The notes: generated from the letters alone by a model not told the origin. A stretch of DNA of 64,000 bases from an uncultured delta proteobacterium (GCA_963769935.1 CAVYNY010000003.1:1-64000); one strand, 5' to 3'. Counted from the first letter of the stretch, positions 20,358-32,717 are shown. A program made the numbers and translations.

Positions 20358-21584
20358 ATCAATTTTCTTATCGAACATCAGTGCCCCCAGTGCGGGGCAC
20401 CTGTCATTTTAGCAGAGACGGACCGACTGTTTACCTGTCCATACTGCCGGGTCAAATCCTATTTGATCGCCGACGATTTTTTCCGCTATGTACTGCCTCA
20501 CCCGGCAGCCGATGACAAGGAAATTTTTTATTTTCCCTACTGGCGATTTAAAGGCATGCTCTTTTTTTGCGGACCGGCAGGCATCCAGAATCGCTTTGTG
20601 GATATCAGTCAGCAAGCCATCGCAACACCCTATTTCCCGTTTTCAGTAGGCGTCCGCAGTCAAGCCATGAAAATCCGATTTGTAACGCCTGATATGCAGG
20701 GTCGCTTTTTGAAGCCCCGGCAGTCACATCAAAAAATCTTCAGCAACTTTGAGCAACGCTTCGGCAAATCACTGCCCAGGCCAATCGTTCACCAGTCACA
20801 TATCGGAGAAACACTCAGCCTGATTTTTTCGCCGTTTTATGAGAAAGACAAACTTTACGATGCCGTCCTCGACCAACCGGTCTCAGATGGGCTGCCGGAG
20901 GATTTTAGCAGTAGGGATTTTGCCGAAGAAAATCCTAAAGGGCATATCCACTTTGTGTCCACTTTGTGTCCGAACTGCGGCTGGGATCTTGAAGGCGAGC
21001 GGGACGCACTGGTTTTGAGATGCAGGAACTGTGATTCAACCTGGTACCCGGTAGGGAAAAAGCTGAAGCAGTTGAAATTTGCGCATGTTCCGGGTCAGGG
21101 CGACAATACAATCTATCTGCCCTTCTGGCGCATAAAGGCTGATATTATAGGTCTCCAGCTTAATTCATACGCCGATTTGATTGAAGTTGCCAATTTGCCA
21201 AAGGCAATTCAAAGCGGCTGGCAAGATATTGCTTTTCGATTTTGGATACCGGCCTTCAAAGTGCGCCCCAAAATATTTCTGCGGCTGGCGAGCCAGATTA
21301 CGGTCGTGCAACCTCAAAAAGATCTGGTTTCGCAGCTGCCGGGCAACAGAATCCACCCCAGCAACCTGCCTGTTGAAGAAGCTATCGAGAGCCTGAAACT
21401 CACGCTGGCCTATTTCATGCAGCCGCGCAAAATGATTACTGAAAGACTCCCCGACATCAAAGTTGATGCGAAAAAGTTCAGTTTGGTTTACCTTCCCTTT
21501 GACGAAGCGCATCATGAGTATATACAAACGGAATATCAAATAGCCATCAATAAAAACGCTTTGATGCTTTCAAAAAATTTATAG
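20358..21584 (+). CDS. Zinc-ribbon hypothetical protein (YdjG-like partner); probable non-canonical start
   Basis: The frame is open from 20343 and encodes CPQCGA and CPYC upstream of the called TTG. GGAGG precedes an ATC at 20358. Internal CPNCG and CRNC motifs follow. Confidence 0.75.
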   Translation: MNFLIEHQCPQCGAPVILAETDRLFTCPYCRVKSYLIADDFFRYVLPHPAADDKEIFYFPYWRFKGMLFFCGPAGIQNRFVDISQQAIATPYFPFSVGVRSQAMKIRFVTPDMQGRFLKPRQSHQKIFSNFEQRFGKSLPRPIVHQSHIGETLSLIFSPFYEKDKLYDAVLDQPVSDGLPEDFSSRDFAEENPKGHIHFVSTLCPNCGWDLEGERDALVLRCRNCDSTWYPVGKKLKQLKFAHVPGQGDNTIYLPFWRIKADIIGLQLNSYADLIEVANLPKAIQSGWQDIAFRFWIPAFKVRPKIFLRLASQITVVQPQKDLVSQLPGNRIHPSNLPVEEAIESLKLTLAYFMQPRKMITERLPDIKVDAKKFSLVYLPFDEAHHEYIQTEYQIAINKNALMLSKNL

Positions 21585-21717
21585 CCGCTCAGATGCGTCC
21601 TCCAATGGCCTTCCATTCGATGAACTAGGAGAGTACCGTGGCAGATATCCACGAAAAAGTTCCCGCCAAATTTTTCATAGCTTGACACTCAAACCGGTTT
21701 TAATTATCGTCTAGCTT

Positions 21718-21970
21718 TTATGAAACTACATTAAGTTTCTTCTAAGATCAGATTGGACACTGGCGGCCAGAGGCGGCGCTCATATGAAACTTAATAAGAT
21801 CCGCTACCATTTTTACGAAGTTTTTCACCGCTGAGAACGCAGAGATCGCGGAGATTAATTATAATTTTCTTTCTCGGCTCTGCCGCGCTGTGAGCTCTGC
21901 GGTGAACTATTATGTTTCTTTTTCGATCAGACCGGCCGCTTTCAGGCCAGCGACGGGGCTGAAACCTGAT
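21718..21970. repeat. Composite dispersed repeat / MITE-like element, copy A
   Basis: TCACCGCTGAG...CTCTGCGGTGA inverted termini (21825-21905), followed by GTTTCTTTTTCGATCAGA..GCTGAAACCTGA. Shared with 58389-58617. Confidence 0.75.
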
Positions 21971-21990
21971 CCTCGCCCAAGGCCATATTT

Positions 21991-22902
21991 ATGTCGCTAT
22001 CGAAAACATCATCGATTGATATCTTAATCGATCAGTATCTCAATTATTTGCTGATCGAAAAGGGACTTTCCAGGACGACGCTGGAATCCTACAGCAGCGA
22101 TATTTCCAGATTTCAAATATTTCTAAGACAAAACGCTGTCGCGCGGCTATCAGAAAACGATACGCCTTTAATCTTAAAACATCTGATTGCGCTGCGGAAT
22201 GCGGGATTAGGAGCTCGATCCAGAGCCCGCCACCTGGTTTCCATCAGGGGTCTTTATCGATTTGCCGTGCGGGAAAAAGTGCTCAAACATGATCCGGCCA
22301 GATTGGTCGATCTTCCCAAAACCAGTTTAAAACTGCCGGATGTCCTTTCGGTAGAGGAAGTATTGCGGTTGCTGGAAGCGCCGGACACCGACAAGCCCCT
22401 CGGAGTAAGGGACAGGGCCATGTTGGAGCTTTTATACGCGGCCGGTCTCCGGGTCTCCGAATTGATTAATCTTAAACTGCAGGATGTTAATTTGGAAGCG
22501 GGTTTTGTAAGAGTCCTCGGCAAAGGTTCAAAAGAAAGAGTTGTTCCCTTCGGTTCGATTGCCAACGGAAAAATCGTGACTTATCTTGAAGAATACAGAA
22601 AAATCCTGCTAAAGAATCAAGTTAGTCCCTATCTGTTCGTGGCCAGGGCGGCCCAGCCCATCACTCGTCAGGGTTTTTGGAAGCTATTGCGTCGATACGC
22701 ACTCCAGGTCCATCTCAATAAAAAGGTTACACCGCACAGCCTGAGGCATTCGTTTGCCAGCCACTTGCTGGAGGGAGGGGCGGATCTGAGAGCCGTCCAG
22801 GTAATGCTGGGTCACGTCGATATCTCAACCACCCAGATCTATACCCATGTCGCCCGACAGCAACTCAAGGAGTTGCATGCACGCTTTCACCCCCGGGGAT
22901 AG
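21991..22902 (+). CDS. xerD: Tyrosine recombinase XerD
   Basis: Motifs LYAAGLRVSEL, GKGSKER, HSLRHSFASHLLEGGADLRAVQ, STTQIYTHV and HPRG. Confidence 0.93.
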   Translation: MSLSKTSSIDILIDQYLNYLLIEKGLSRTTLESYSSDISRFQIFLRQNAVARLSENDTPLILKHLIALRNAGLGARSRARHLVSIRGLYRFAVREKVLKHDPARLVDLPKTSLKLPDVLSVEEVLRLLEAPDTDKPLGVRDRAMLELLYAAGLRVSELINLKLQDVNLEAGFVRVLGKGSKERVVPFGSIANGKIVTYLEEYRKILLKNQVSPYLFVARAAQPITRQGFWKLLRRYALQVHLNKKVTPHSLRHSFASHLLEGGADLRAVQVMLGHVDISTTQIYTHVARQQLKELHARFHPRG

Positions 22903-23128
22903 ACATAGACCTCAGGGTTTCGTCATTTATCGAAGCTATCAACTGATTTGGCGAAAATTGCCTGTTTAACGAAAATCATTAATATGCCAAGCACTAAAAC
23001 CAAATTGCAACGGTATGCGTTAGATTGCCTTGACAAGGTCCGGCTTTTACATTATGAAAGCATTTTTATCGCTTTGAAATCATACAAAATAATTCGCTTT
23101 AACGACTTTCCGCCAGAAGACAGGAATT

Positions 23129-24778
23129 GTGCAATCACTTTTTGAAAACAGCAGCGAGTCAGGCTGGTGGCAGCCTTCCGGCAACCTGCCGGATACTAGC
23201 CGACAGAGCCTGTGCGAAGCGCTTTACCGAGCTGCCCGTCCGATATTTGTCGTCAATTTTAACGGCCAAACGGCGGTCTCCCAAGACGGCACCATCACCA
23301 TCGGCCATAGGAAGCCGGCCGCATCCGATTTATTGCCGCTTATCGGCTATGCGCCGGCACTGCACCCGAAAGATTTAGGTGACCCGGAATTCAAAAAATC
23401 GCATAACCTCCGCTATGCCTACGTTGTGGGGGCCATGGCAAATGGTATTACCTCCGTTGAAATGGTCCAAGAAGCAGGCCGCAATGGAATGATTGGCTTT
23501 TTCGGGGCGGCCGGTCTATTGCCCGACGAAATCGAAACCGCGATCACCAGGTTGCAAGACAGTATGGGATCCCAGCCGTTTGGTTTTAACCTGATTCACA
23601 GTCCGACAGACCCCGGTCTTGAATCAGCGACGGTCGATCTTTACATCAGGCGCGGGATTAATTTGGTCAGCGCCTCGGCCTATCTGGATTTAACCTTTCC
23701 GCTGGTTTATTATCGTGTCAATGGTATTTACCGTGATGAAACCGCCAACGTCGTTTGTCCGAATAAAATCATTGCGAAGGTCTCGCGAGTCGAAGTCGCA
23801 CGAAAATTCTTGTCGCCACCACCTGAAAAATATTTAAAGCAACTGCTCGACCGGAGTATGATTTCCGCCGAACAGGCCGCAATGGCATCTGAAATTCCGA
23901 TGGCAGATGACTTGACGGCAGAGGCCGATTCCGGCGGACATACCGATAATCGTCCGGCCCTGGCGTTGCTGCCGACGATGCTGGCCCTGCGCGATGAGGT
24001 GGCGGCAGCCTGTAATTTCCGTCATCCGGGCCGCATCGGATTGGCAGGAGGCATTGCCACACCGGAAGCTACCGCTGCCGCATTTGCAATGGGAGCGGCC
24101 TATGTTCTGACCGGTTCGATCAATCAGGCCTGCAGCGAGTCCGGCACATCCGATACCGTGCGCCAAATGCTCGCCGAAGCTGACCAGGCGGATGTATGCA
24201 TGGCACCGTCGGCCGATATGTTTGAACTCGGTGTCAAGGTCCAGGTATTGAAACGCGGCACCATGTTCCCCCTGCGAGCGGCGAAACTTTACGAACTCTA
24301 CAGCCAACACAATCGCTATGAGGAGATACCTGCCAACCAGCGTGAGATTCTGGAAAGAGATTTTTTCAAATGCAGCTTTTTGGAAGAATGGCAGCAGACA
24401 AAGCAGTTTTTTGCTCGCAGGGATCCCCGGCAGATCGAACTGGCTGAAAATAAGCCAAAGCACAAAATGGCCCTCGTATTTCGTTCTTATCTGGGCCGAT
24501 CTTCAAACTGGGCCAACTCCGGTGATCCGTCCCGAAAAATCGACTATCAAATCTGGTGCGGTCCGGCTATGGGCGCTTTCAACCATTGGGCCAAAGGAAC
24601 TTTTCTCGAAAAAAGCGAAAATCGCCATACCGTCACGGTGGCCATGAATTTACTGTTCGGCGCTGCTGTGGCAACCCGGATGAATTGGCTGCGTCATCAG
24701 GGAATTTCGCTGCCACGGACGGCATTCAAAATCCAGGCCCTGGAATTAGCGAAAATCGCGGACCTGTTGGATGAGTGA
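23129..24778 (+). CDS. pfaD: PUFA synthase enoyl reductase PfaD
   Basis: Motifs GAMANGI, EADSGGHTDNRP, APSADMFELGVKVQVLKRGT and YQIWCGPAMG. Confidence 0.93.
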   Translation: MQSLFENSSESGWWQPSGNLPDTSRQSLCEALYRAARPIFVVNFNGQTAVSQDGTITIGHRKPAASDLLPLIGYAPALHPKDLGDPEFKKSHNLRYAYVVGAMANGITSVEMVQEAGRNGMIGFFGAAGLLPDEIETAITRLQDSMGSQPFGFNLIHSPTDPGLESATVDLYIRRGINLVSASAYLDLTFPLVYYRVNGIYRDETANVVCPNKIIAKVSRVEVARKFLSPPPEKYLKQLLDRSMISAEQAAMASEIPMADDLTAEADSGGHTDNRPALALLPTMLALRDEVAAACNFRHPGRIGLAGGIATPEATAAAFAMGAAYVLTGSINQACSESGTSDTVRQMLAEADQADVCMAPSADMFELGVKVQVLKRGTMFPLRAAKLYELYSQHNRYEEIPANQREILERDFFKCSFLEEWQQTKQFFARRDPRQIELAENKPKHKMALVFRSYLGRSSNWANSGDPSRKIDYQIWCGPAMGAFNHWAKGTFLEKSENRHTVTVAMNLLFGAAVATRMNWLRHQGISLPRTAFKIQALELAKIADLLDE

Positions 24779-24805
24779 ATCTGATACAGGCTAAATTCGG
24801 ATGAA

Positions 24806-25375
24806 TTAAACGATGTCCTGCAGGCAGTTTAGGAATTTCCGGCGCAACGCATTGATGTTCAAGATACTATAACTTTCTGCATTGGGCAGAGCAGACATAT
24901 CCGCAGGCCGACCGATGAATGAATGCTGATAACGTTCCTGACGGACTTGATCGGCGCCATAATCAACCGATTCGACGGAAAGAACGGCTTTCACCCAATA
25001 GGAGAAACCGGAAAGGAGGTCCGTGGAGATTTTTCGATTGATGATTGCAATTTGATAATTCTGAACCGGATGGGCCGATGTTTCCAGCGCATTGGCATCT
25101 CCGGAAAAATCAAGATAAAAATCATGATCTATCAGCCACTGGCGCAAATCATTTAAAATCTGCCTGGATTCAGGAATTGTATATTTCAGTTCTCCCACCA
25201 GATAACCTCCAAGAAATACTGAAAAGGCTTCGTCAAGATTGTACTGTCTTGCAAAACCCGACTGCAATCCGCCTAATGGATCCGGCGGCAAAAACTCACG
25301 CGACCAGCGCTTCCATTTGGCGAGATTGATCTGGAATGCTTGCGAAAGCTCCTTATTTGTATAGAATTTAATCAT
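24806..25375 (-). CDS. Hypothetical protein with MerR-like N-terminal HTH
   Basis: N-terminus YTNKELSQAFQINLAKWKRWSREF...GFARQY; divergent from pfaA. Confidence 0.6.
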   Translation of the reverse strand: MIKFYTNKELSQAFQINLAKWKRWSREFLPPDPLGGLQSGFARQYNLDEAFSVFLGGYLVGELKYTIPESRQILNDLRQWLIDHDFYLDFSGDANALETSAHPVQNYQIAIINRKISTDLLSGFSYWVKAVLSVESVDYGADQVRQERYQHSFIGRPADMSALPNAESYSILNINALRRKFLNCLQDIV

Positions 25376-25597
25376 GGTAAGTTGTTATACCAATATAGCA
25401 ACTAATTTTTTTAAATCAATTGCTTGAAAATATTTATTATTAATACTATATTAAACTTTTAATATTTCTCCTCTTGGCTTTTCTAAAAAAAACACAGCCA
25501 TTAATAAAATCGACCCTGGATCTGCCGCTATCCTTTAATATCGATAGGTATGAATTCGCTGATCCGACTGATTGCTTAAGGCTTAAGGACAATTTCT

Positions 25598-28500
25598 ATG
25601 CCTGACCCAATTCCTGTAGCCATCATTGGAATGGGATGTCTATTCCCAAAATCAACCGGTCTGAAAGAATACTGGCAATTGCTGTATCAAGGCAGGGACG
25701 CTATTTCAGATGTTCCCGAGTCTCATTGGCAAATCCACGACTATTTTGACAGTGATCCGAAGCGTCCGGATCACGTATACTGCAAACGCGGCGGATTTTT
25801 GGATCCGATCCCCTTTGACCCGGGGGAGTTCGGTATTCTCCCCAGCGCGCTGGAAGCCACCGATTCTTCCCAACTCCTGGGGATGCTGGCTGCCAAAATG
25901 GCTCTTGAAGATTCCGGCTACGGTGACGACCGGAAATTCGACCGGGATCGCACTTCCGTTATCCTGGGTGTGACCGGAACTCAGGAGCTGGTCATCCCGC
26001 TAAGTTCACGCCTCGGGTATCCCAAATGGCGCAAAGCGCTCGAAGAATCAGCCGTAGCACCGGACAAAATCGATGAGATCATTCAGAAAATCTCCGACTC
26101 ATACGTATCCTGGCAGGAGAACTCATTTCCCGGTCTGCTGGGTAATGTGGTGGCTGGCCGAATATGCAACCGATTGGATCTCAGAGGCACGAATTGTGTG
26201 GTGGATGCCGCCTGTGCCAGTTCCTTGAGTGCCGTCCATCTAGCCATGCTCGAGCTGATGTCGGAACGCAGTGATATGGTGGTCACCGGCGGGGTGGATA
26301 CGCTAAACGACATTTTCATGCACATGTGTTTTTCCAAATCCCAAACGCTGTCTGCCACCGGAGAGGCCAGACCGTTTTCGAAGGACGCCGACGGAACCGT
26401 CCTGGGAGAAGGCATCGGAATGCTGGTTCTAAAACGACTCGCCGATGCTGAACGGGATGGCAACCGAATTTATGCTGTTATTAAAGGATTGGGGACTTCA
26501 AGTGACGGAAAATCTCAGAGCATCTATTCACCCCGAAGCGAAGGCCAGGTGCGGGCCCTGCGGGCTGCCTATAACAATGCCGGAATTAATCCCGCAACCG
26601 TTCAGCTGATCGAAGCCCATGGAACCGGCACGCGGGTGGGCGATAAAGTTGAATTTGAAGCACTTAATCAAGTTTTCGATGAATTCGGCGCCAACGGGAA
26701 CAAATGTGCGCTGGGTTCAGTCAAATCAATGATCGGCCACACCAAAGCATCCGCCGGTGCCGCCGGCTTGATCAAGGCCGCGCTCGGGCTTTATCATAAA
26801 GTGTTGCCGCCAACGTTAAAAGCTGAGATCCCGGATCCCAATCTGAACCTTAAAAACAGTCATTTTTACCTGAACACCTCGACCCGCCCCTGGTGTCGGA
26901 ACAATGGAAATCCGCGGCGCGCCGGAATCAGTGCCTTTGGTTTTGGCGGCAGCAATTTTCATGTTGTCCTTGAAGAATATCGTCCTGACAAAACGGAAAT
27001 ATCCTGGGACGGCAGTACGGAAATTATCGCAGTGTCCGCCGAGCAATCCGATGACTTAATCCAGCGTGTCAAACAGTTAAAACAAGCTGTTGAAGATGGT
27101 TTGTCCGACCGGGAATTTAGAATCAGGGCTGCTGAATCACGCCATATTTTTTCCAGCACCCACCCCCATCGCCTATTGGTAGTTTGTGAAAACATGGCCG
27201 ATAAACTGGGTCTGCTTGAACATGCTTTAAATGCCTTGGATCCCGGAATGGATCGGGACGCATTGAATTTAAAAAATATCTACCTTGGCAGTCCCCAAAA
27301 TCCTGGAAAAATGGCGTTTGTATTTCCCGGCCAGGGAAGCCAATACCTGGCTATGGGACGCGATATTGTCTGCATGTTTCCCCAAGCCATGTCGATTTTG
27401 GAAAAGGCCAATAAAAGATTTATCGGATCGACGCGTCTGAGCGATCTAATTTTTCCGCCGAATCTATCCGGTGAAGCGGAACGCAAAAATCACGCAAGCA
27501 CCCTGCAGCGAACTGAGTATGCCCAACCGGCTATCGGCACGATAAGCCTGGCAATGCTCAAAGCATTAGAGGAGTTCGGCCTTGTGCCCGCTGCAACCTG
27601 CGGGCATAGTTTCGGGGAATTGACGGCCCTTTGTGCTGCCGGCTGGATTGATGAGACCGCACTCCTGCAGCTTTCGATCACCCGTGGTCAATTGATGGCG
27701 GCGGCCGGCGGCGGCCAGAATCCACCCGGCGGGGCCATGCTGGCCGTTCAGGCACCGTTGTCCGAACTGGATGAAATGGTCACCGGCGCCAACCAAGATG
27801 TAGTTTTGGCCAATCGCAATAGTCCCAACCAGGGGGTTTTCTCCGGGCCGACAAGTGCCATCATCGAAATCGAAAAAATATGCAAAACGAGAAAAATCAG
27901 GGCCATTCGACTGCCGGTTTCCGCTGCTTTCCACAGCGCCCAGGTCAGCAGCGCCGCCGTACCCTTTCAGGAAGAACTCTCCCGAGTCTCGATAAAACCC
28001 AACGGCATTGATGTTTATTCGAATACCACCGGGGAGGCTTATCCTGCCGATCCGGATGCAGCCCGTCGATTATTGGGTGAACATCTTATGCGTCCGGTCG
28101 ATTTCGTCAAAGAAATTGAAAATCTATATCACTCCGGCATCCGAACATTCGTGGAAATCGGACCGAAGTCGGTCCTCTCCGGACTGATTGCTTCCATTCT
28201 GCAGGGCCGGCCTTTTGAAGCCGCCGCCCTGGATGCATCAGCGGGCAACGCCAATGGGGCCGCCGATTTCGCCAGATTAATCTGCCGACTGAGCGCCCTG
28301 GGGTATCCCCTGAGCCTCTCCAAATGGGAAACACCGATTTCTGCGTACCGCAAACCGCGTATGAATGTGCTTCTTAGTGGCACCAATTACAGGAACCGCG
28401 GAACAGAGTATAGTGGCCTGAGGCCACAGGACAGAGAACAGACAACAGAGAACGCAAAACAAAAGGCCGCTGAAAGAGAAGGCTTGACAGTCGGCAGAAA

Positions 28501-31500
28501 TCAGAAACCAGTGTCCATTAAAAAAAAGTCAGACGATCTAAGCCATCATAGCCAACTAAACGAACGCAACGATTATAATTTCAACGGTCAGAAAGCCTTA
28601 AGACAACCGACCGTTCAATTTTCTCAAAATAACCCTACAGGCAGCCATCAAAATATTATGAGTAAAAATTTCTCTAAAAAATCGGATTTTATCACGGATG
28701 CTTTAAAAGTTGTGCAGGAAGGCCTCAAATCAATGCAACACTTGCAGGAACAAACGGCCCGGGCTCACGAAAAATTTTTACTGGCCCAAACAGAAGCCAA
28801 TCGTGCCCTGCAGGAGATGATGAGAAATACGCAACGTCTGGCAGAAAGCACACTGGGCCTTCAGGCTGCAGAAATTCCGCCAGTGCCACCAATAGAAAAG
28901 GGTCTGACATCACGTCCCATGCCGGGCACCGAAACAGAAATCACAGCCGTGATAAATGAGTATCCTGCTATGCCTCAGACCCCGGCCGCCCTCAAGCAGA
29001 ACGCTCAAACATCGCCCTCGCCTGCCCCGTGGCAGCTGCCAAAGGCAACGGCCAACGGTTATTCGAAGGATGGGCAAGGGCATCAACGCAAGGCTGAGGC
29101 TGCCGAGGAACCCCAGGGTGAGCGGACGAATATCGAAACGACCATGCTGGAGGTCGTCAGCCGACTGACCGGCTATCCGGTGGAAATGCTCGGACTGGAC
29201 ATGGACATTGAAGCCGACTTGGGCATCGATTCCATCAAAAGAGTGGAAATCCTTTCCGCATTTGAAGAAAAAATGCCTGATATGCCCACGGTTTCACCGG
29301 ATATCATGGGCAGTTTGAAAACACTGGGGCAGATTGCCGAATTTATGAGCGGCGGCATTCCAGACAACGAACATGCAAATCGATCTGAGAGTCCGACGGA
29401 AGCCGTACCCCGGACTGCTGCCCCAAAACCTTTGGAACCGGTCCAAAAACCCCACAACGATGTTACGGTCACGATGCTGGAGGTAGTCGGTCAACTGACC
29501 GGCTATCCGGTGGAAATGCTCGGACTGGACATGGACATTGAGGCCGATCTGGGCATTGACTCCATCAAAAGAGTTGAAATTCTATCCACGCTTGAAGAAA
29601 AGATGCCTCATCTGCCGGCGGTTTCACCTGAATTGGTGGGCACGTTGAAAACGCTGAGACAAATTTGTGAATATCTGGTGCAAGGGACTGCCGCCAATAC
29701 TCCGGGCAATTCGGCCAATGAATTGCAGCCCGAACCTCTCTTAGGGGATGGCGATATATCGCCAATAGCTTCGCTCAATTCAGACCGGGGGACACTGCAT
29801 CCGGACGCACCCCAAATTCCCCGCAGTGTGGTAACCGTCGTAGCAGCACCTCCGGTTTCTGCTGCACGCCTCACGGTATCCGCCGATAAGAAGGTGTTTG
29901 TAACTGAAGACAACTCCGGTCTTTCCGAAGAAATCACCGAAGAACTTTCAATGCTCGGCATTAAAACCGTCAGAATCTCCTTGGATATATTGAAGTACAA
30001 GAAACAACTTCCTGCGGCCGCCGGCCTTATTATTGTTCAGGACCCGGCCTCCGACCGGATCCATCAGGATTTAAGAGAAGCCTTTACCCTTGCGAAATTT
30101 ATAGCACCGGATCTTATCGATTCTGCCAATAGTGGTAGCGCCATATTTGCTACCATCACCCGTCTGGATGGCGCCTTTGGTTTTAGAAACATGCAAACGG
30201 ATCGCCCTGCGCAGGGCGGCCTGGCAGGTTTAGCTAAAACAGCCGCTCTCGAATGGGAAAATGTCTGCTGCCATGCAATTGATATCGCTCCGCGCTGGTC
30301 GGACAATCGCGAAATTGCATCTACCGTTGTCAAAGAAATTATGTCACCGGGTCCTATCGAAATCGGTCTTGATGCGCGGTTCCGGTGCACTTTATCCCTG
30401 GAGTCGCAGCCCTATCCGACCGGCTCTATAAATCTTGACGAACGCGATGTGGTGGTTGTCAGCGGCGGCGCAAGAGGGGTTACGGCCGCTGCCGCACGCG
30501 AACTGGCTATACGAACCGGCGCGACGCTTGTCTTGTTGGGTCGTTCTCCGAAGCCATTTGCGGAACCGGAATGGCTGTCATCCATCCGGGGTGAAGCCGC
30601 CCTCAAAAAAGCCATTTTCGAAAACGAATACCGCGGCCGCAGTGCGACACCGGCCCAAATTGAACAAGCCTATCAGCGCTACCTGGCCAACCGTGAAATT
30701 GCCGAAAATCTGGTGAAATTAAAAACAGCCGGTGCGAATGTTCATTACTACTCAGCCGACGTCAGAAATTTGAAGACAATCCGGGCAATCGTCGAAGAAA
30801 TCCGCTCAAGACACGGCGCCATAACCGGTATTATTCATGGGGCTGGTGTGCTGGAAGATCGCCTGATCATCGATAAAACTTCGGAACAATTTGAGCGGGT
30901 CTATGATACCAAAGTCAGGGGATTGGAGAATTTGCTGCAGGCCGTCCGCATCGATCCACTAAAATACCTGGTTTTATTTTCCTCAGTGGCAGCTCGATTT
31001 GGAAATAAGGGCCAGGTGGATTATGCCATGGCCAACGAAGTACTGAATAAAATCGCCCGGACCGAATCGGCCAGGCGAGCTGATTGCCGGGTGGTTTCAA
31101 TCAACTGGGGCCCTTGGGACGGCGGCATGGTAACTTCGGCGTTGAAACGTGAATTTGAGCGCAACGGCATCCATTTGATTCCGCCCGAATCCGGAGCCAG
31201 ATGCATGCTTCAGGAAATGACGGCGCACAGCGGCGATGCGGTAGAAATCGTCATTGGTGTTGAATTGGCAAGCGTAGTTGCGCCTCCCCGCAGGCAACCG
31301 AACCGACCTGCCCTGGTCAAGCCTTCGGCCGACATAGATAATCAGCACCTCGCTTTTTCTTTTGACCGCGTCATTGACGTCCGGCAATATCCCATTTTAA
31401 AGTCGCATGTTATCGACGGCAAACCGGTGGTACCACTGGCCTTAATGACCGAATGGTTTGCACACGGCGCACTGCATGAAAATCCCGGGCTGATTCTGCA

Positions 31501-32207
31501 CGGCCTGGATGACATTCGCGTTATGAAAGGCATTCGGCTGGAACATGACAAAAAACACATTCGACTGCTGACCGGCAAGCTCAAAAAGAAGGGTGAATTT
31601 TTCGAAGTGGAAGTTGAATTAAGAGACGCCGACATGGCCGCGCAAGGACATCATTCACGCGAAGGCCAGGGCTGTTTTAAGCGACAGGCTGATAGCAGCC
31701 CCTGACTATCAAGTATCGACAAACATGGTAGCCAAGGCCTACACCAAAAAAATGAATGAAGTTTATGATGGGATACTCTTTCACGGCCCGCAGCTTCATG
31801 GGATCCGCCGAATTATAAGCTGCTCATCCCGCGGGATGGTAGCGCACATCTCAACCGCCCCTGCGCCCGCCCAATGGATGGCGGCTCCCTTGAGAAATAG
31901 TTGGATTGCCGATCCTCTGGTCCTGGACGGGGCATTTCAAATGGCAACCGTTTGGTGTTTTGAAGAGAAGGGGACAGTGTCGCTGCCCAGCTATGTTGAA
32001 TCGTACCGGCAATATTGTCATAAATTTCCAGCAGAAGGAGTGAAGGTGGTGCTGGAGGTAAAAGAGGCAACCAACCGAAAAATGCGGGGAGATTTCACGT
32101 TCCTTGACTCGGACGATGTGATTGTGGCGAGTATAAGCGGTTACGAGGCCGTCATGGATGCATCCCTGATAAAAGCATTTAAACCTGCTTACCGAGCTTC
32201 GGCTTAG
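25598..32207 (+). CDS. pfaA: PUFA synthase PfaA (KS-MAT-ACP-ACP-KR-DH), one apparent frameshift near 31643
   Basis: KS motifs DAACASS/HGTGT/KSMIGH, MAT GHSFGE, two LGIDSIKRVEIL ACPs, KR SGGARGV and DH HVIDGKPVVP. The 31725 ORF frame is open upstream (KDIIHAKARAVLSDRL) and continues the DH domain. Confidence 0.9.
29141..29670 (+). repeat. Tandem ACP-coding duplication in pfaA
   Basis: Two copies (about 29141-29340 and 29471-29670) share the core ACTGACCGGCTATCCGGTGGAAATGCTCGGACTGGACATGGACATTGA. Confidence 0.85.
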
Positions 32208-32372
32208 GGTTCACGAAAAAATAAGTTCACAATTTTAGGCGTTGCGCCGCCCGGCTGGCAAGGCACGAAAACGTAGGAATATATAGATATTTCGAGCTTT
32301 CGCAACGCAGCCGGACGGGATGCATCTACCTTTAAAATTTGAGGTGATGCATCGGCATACAAAATGTGAGGC
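32204..32372. repeat. Palindromic intergenic element (MITE-like)
   Basis: Nested imperfect inverted repeat CCGCCCGGCTG...GGAATAT-ATAG-ATATTTC...CAGCCGGACGG. It begins at the pfaA TAG stop and contains a duplicated GATGCATC. Confidence 0.5.
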
Positions 32373-32395
32373 CATTCCGGCATGTCCGGATTACA

Positions 32396-32659
32396 TTAAA
32401 CGACTTTTTCTATCCCCCTGTGAATATCTGCCGGTATGCCGCAAAAATCAAGGGTTTCTATAGTTGAAACGAAGCTTTTGCATGGCGGGCAGTATTTTTT
32501 AGGCTTTCCCCGGCCACTCCAAAGCAGCTTCATTCTGTGCCCGATGCCGCATTTCGGGCAGATACATTCAATTGTCATACCATTAGGATAATTGTTTTCG
32601 GCGTCATCCAAACATTCGAGTTCTTCCCTCAAATTATTGCTATTGCTGGCTGCAACCAT
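32396..32659 (-). CDS. Small zinc-finger hypothetical protein
   Basis: CICPKCG...YCPPCK motifs; AAGGAAAG RBS. Confidence 0.7.
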   Translation of the reverse strand: MVAASNSNNLREELECLDDAENNYPNGMTIECICPKCGIGHRMKLLWSGRGKPKKYCPPCKSFVSTIETLDFCGIPADIHRGIEKVV

Positions 32660-32717
32660 AACAATATCTTTCCTTAGGATTAATGGCAAGGCCGGTGTTA
32701 TGTGTCCGGCGTCTCTC

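Noticed and set aside
16985..21700. Genomic island integrated at tRNA-Arg
   Set aside because: I found no duplicated tRNA 3' end or integrase, and the genes look like ordinary lineage genes.
21991..22902. Phage/island integrase
   Set aside because: The sequence has housekeeping XerD signatures (GADLRAVQ, C-terminal HPRG), and no att sites or phage genes are nearby.
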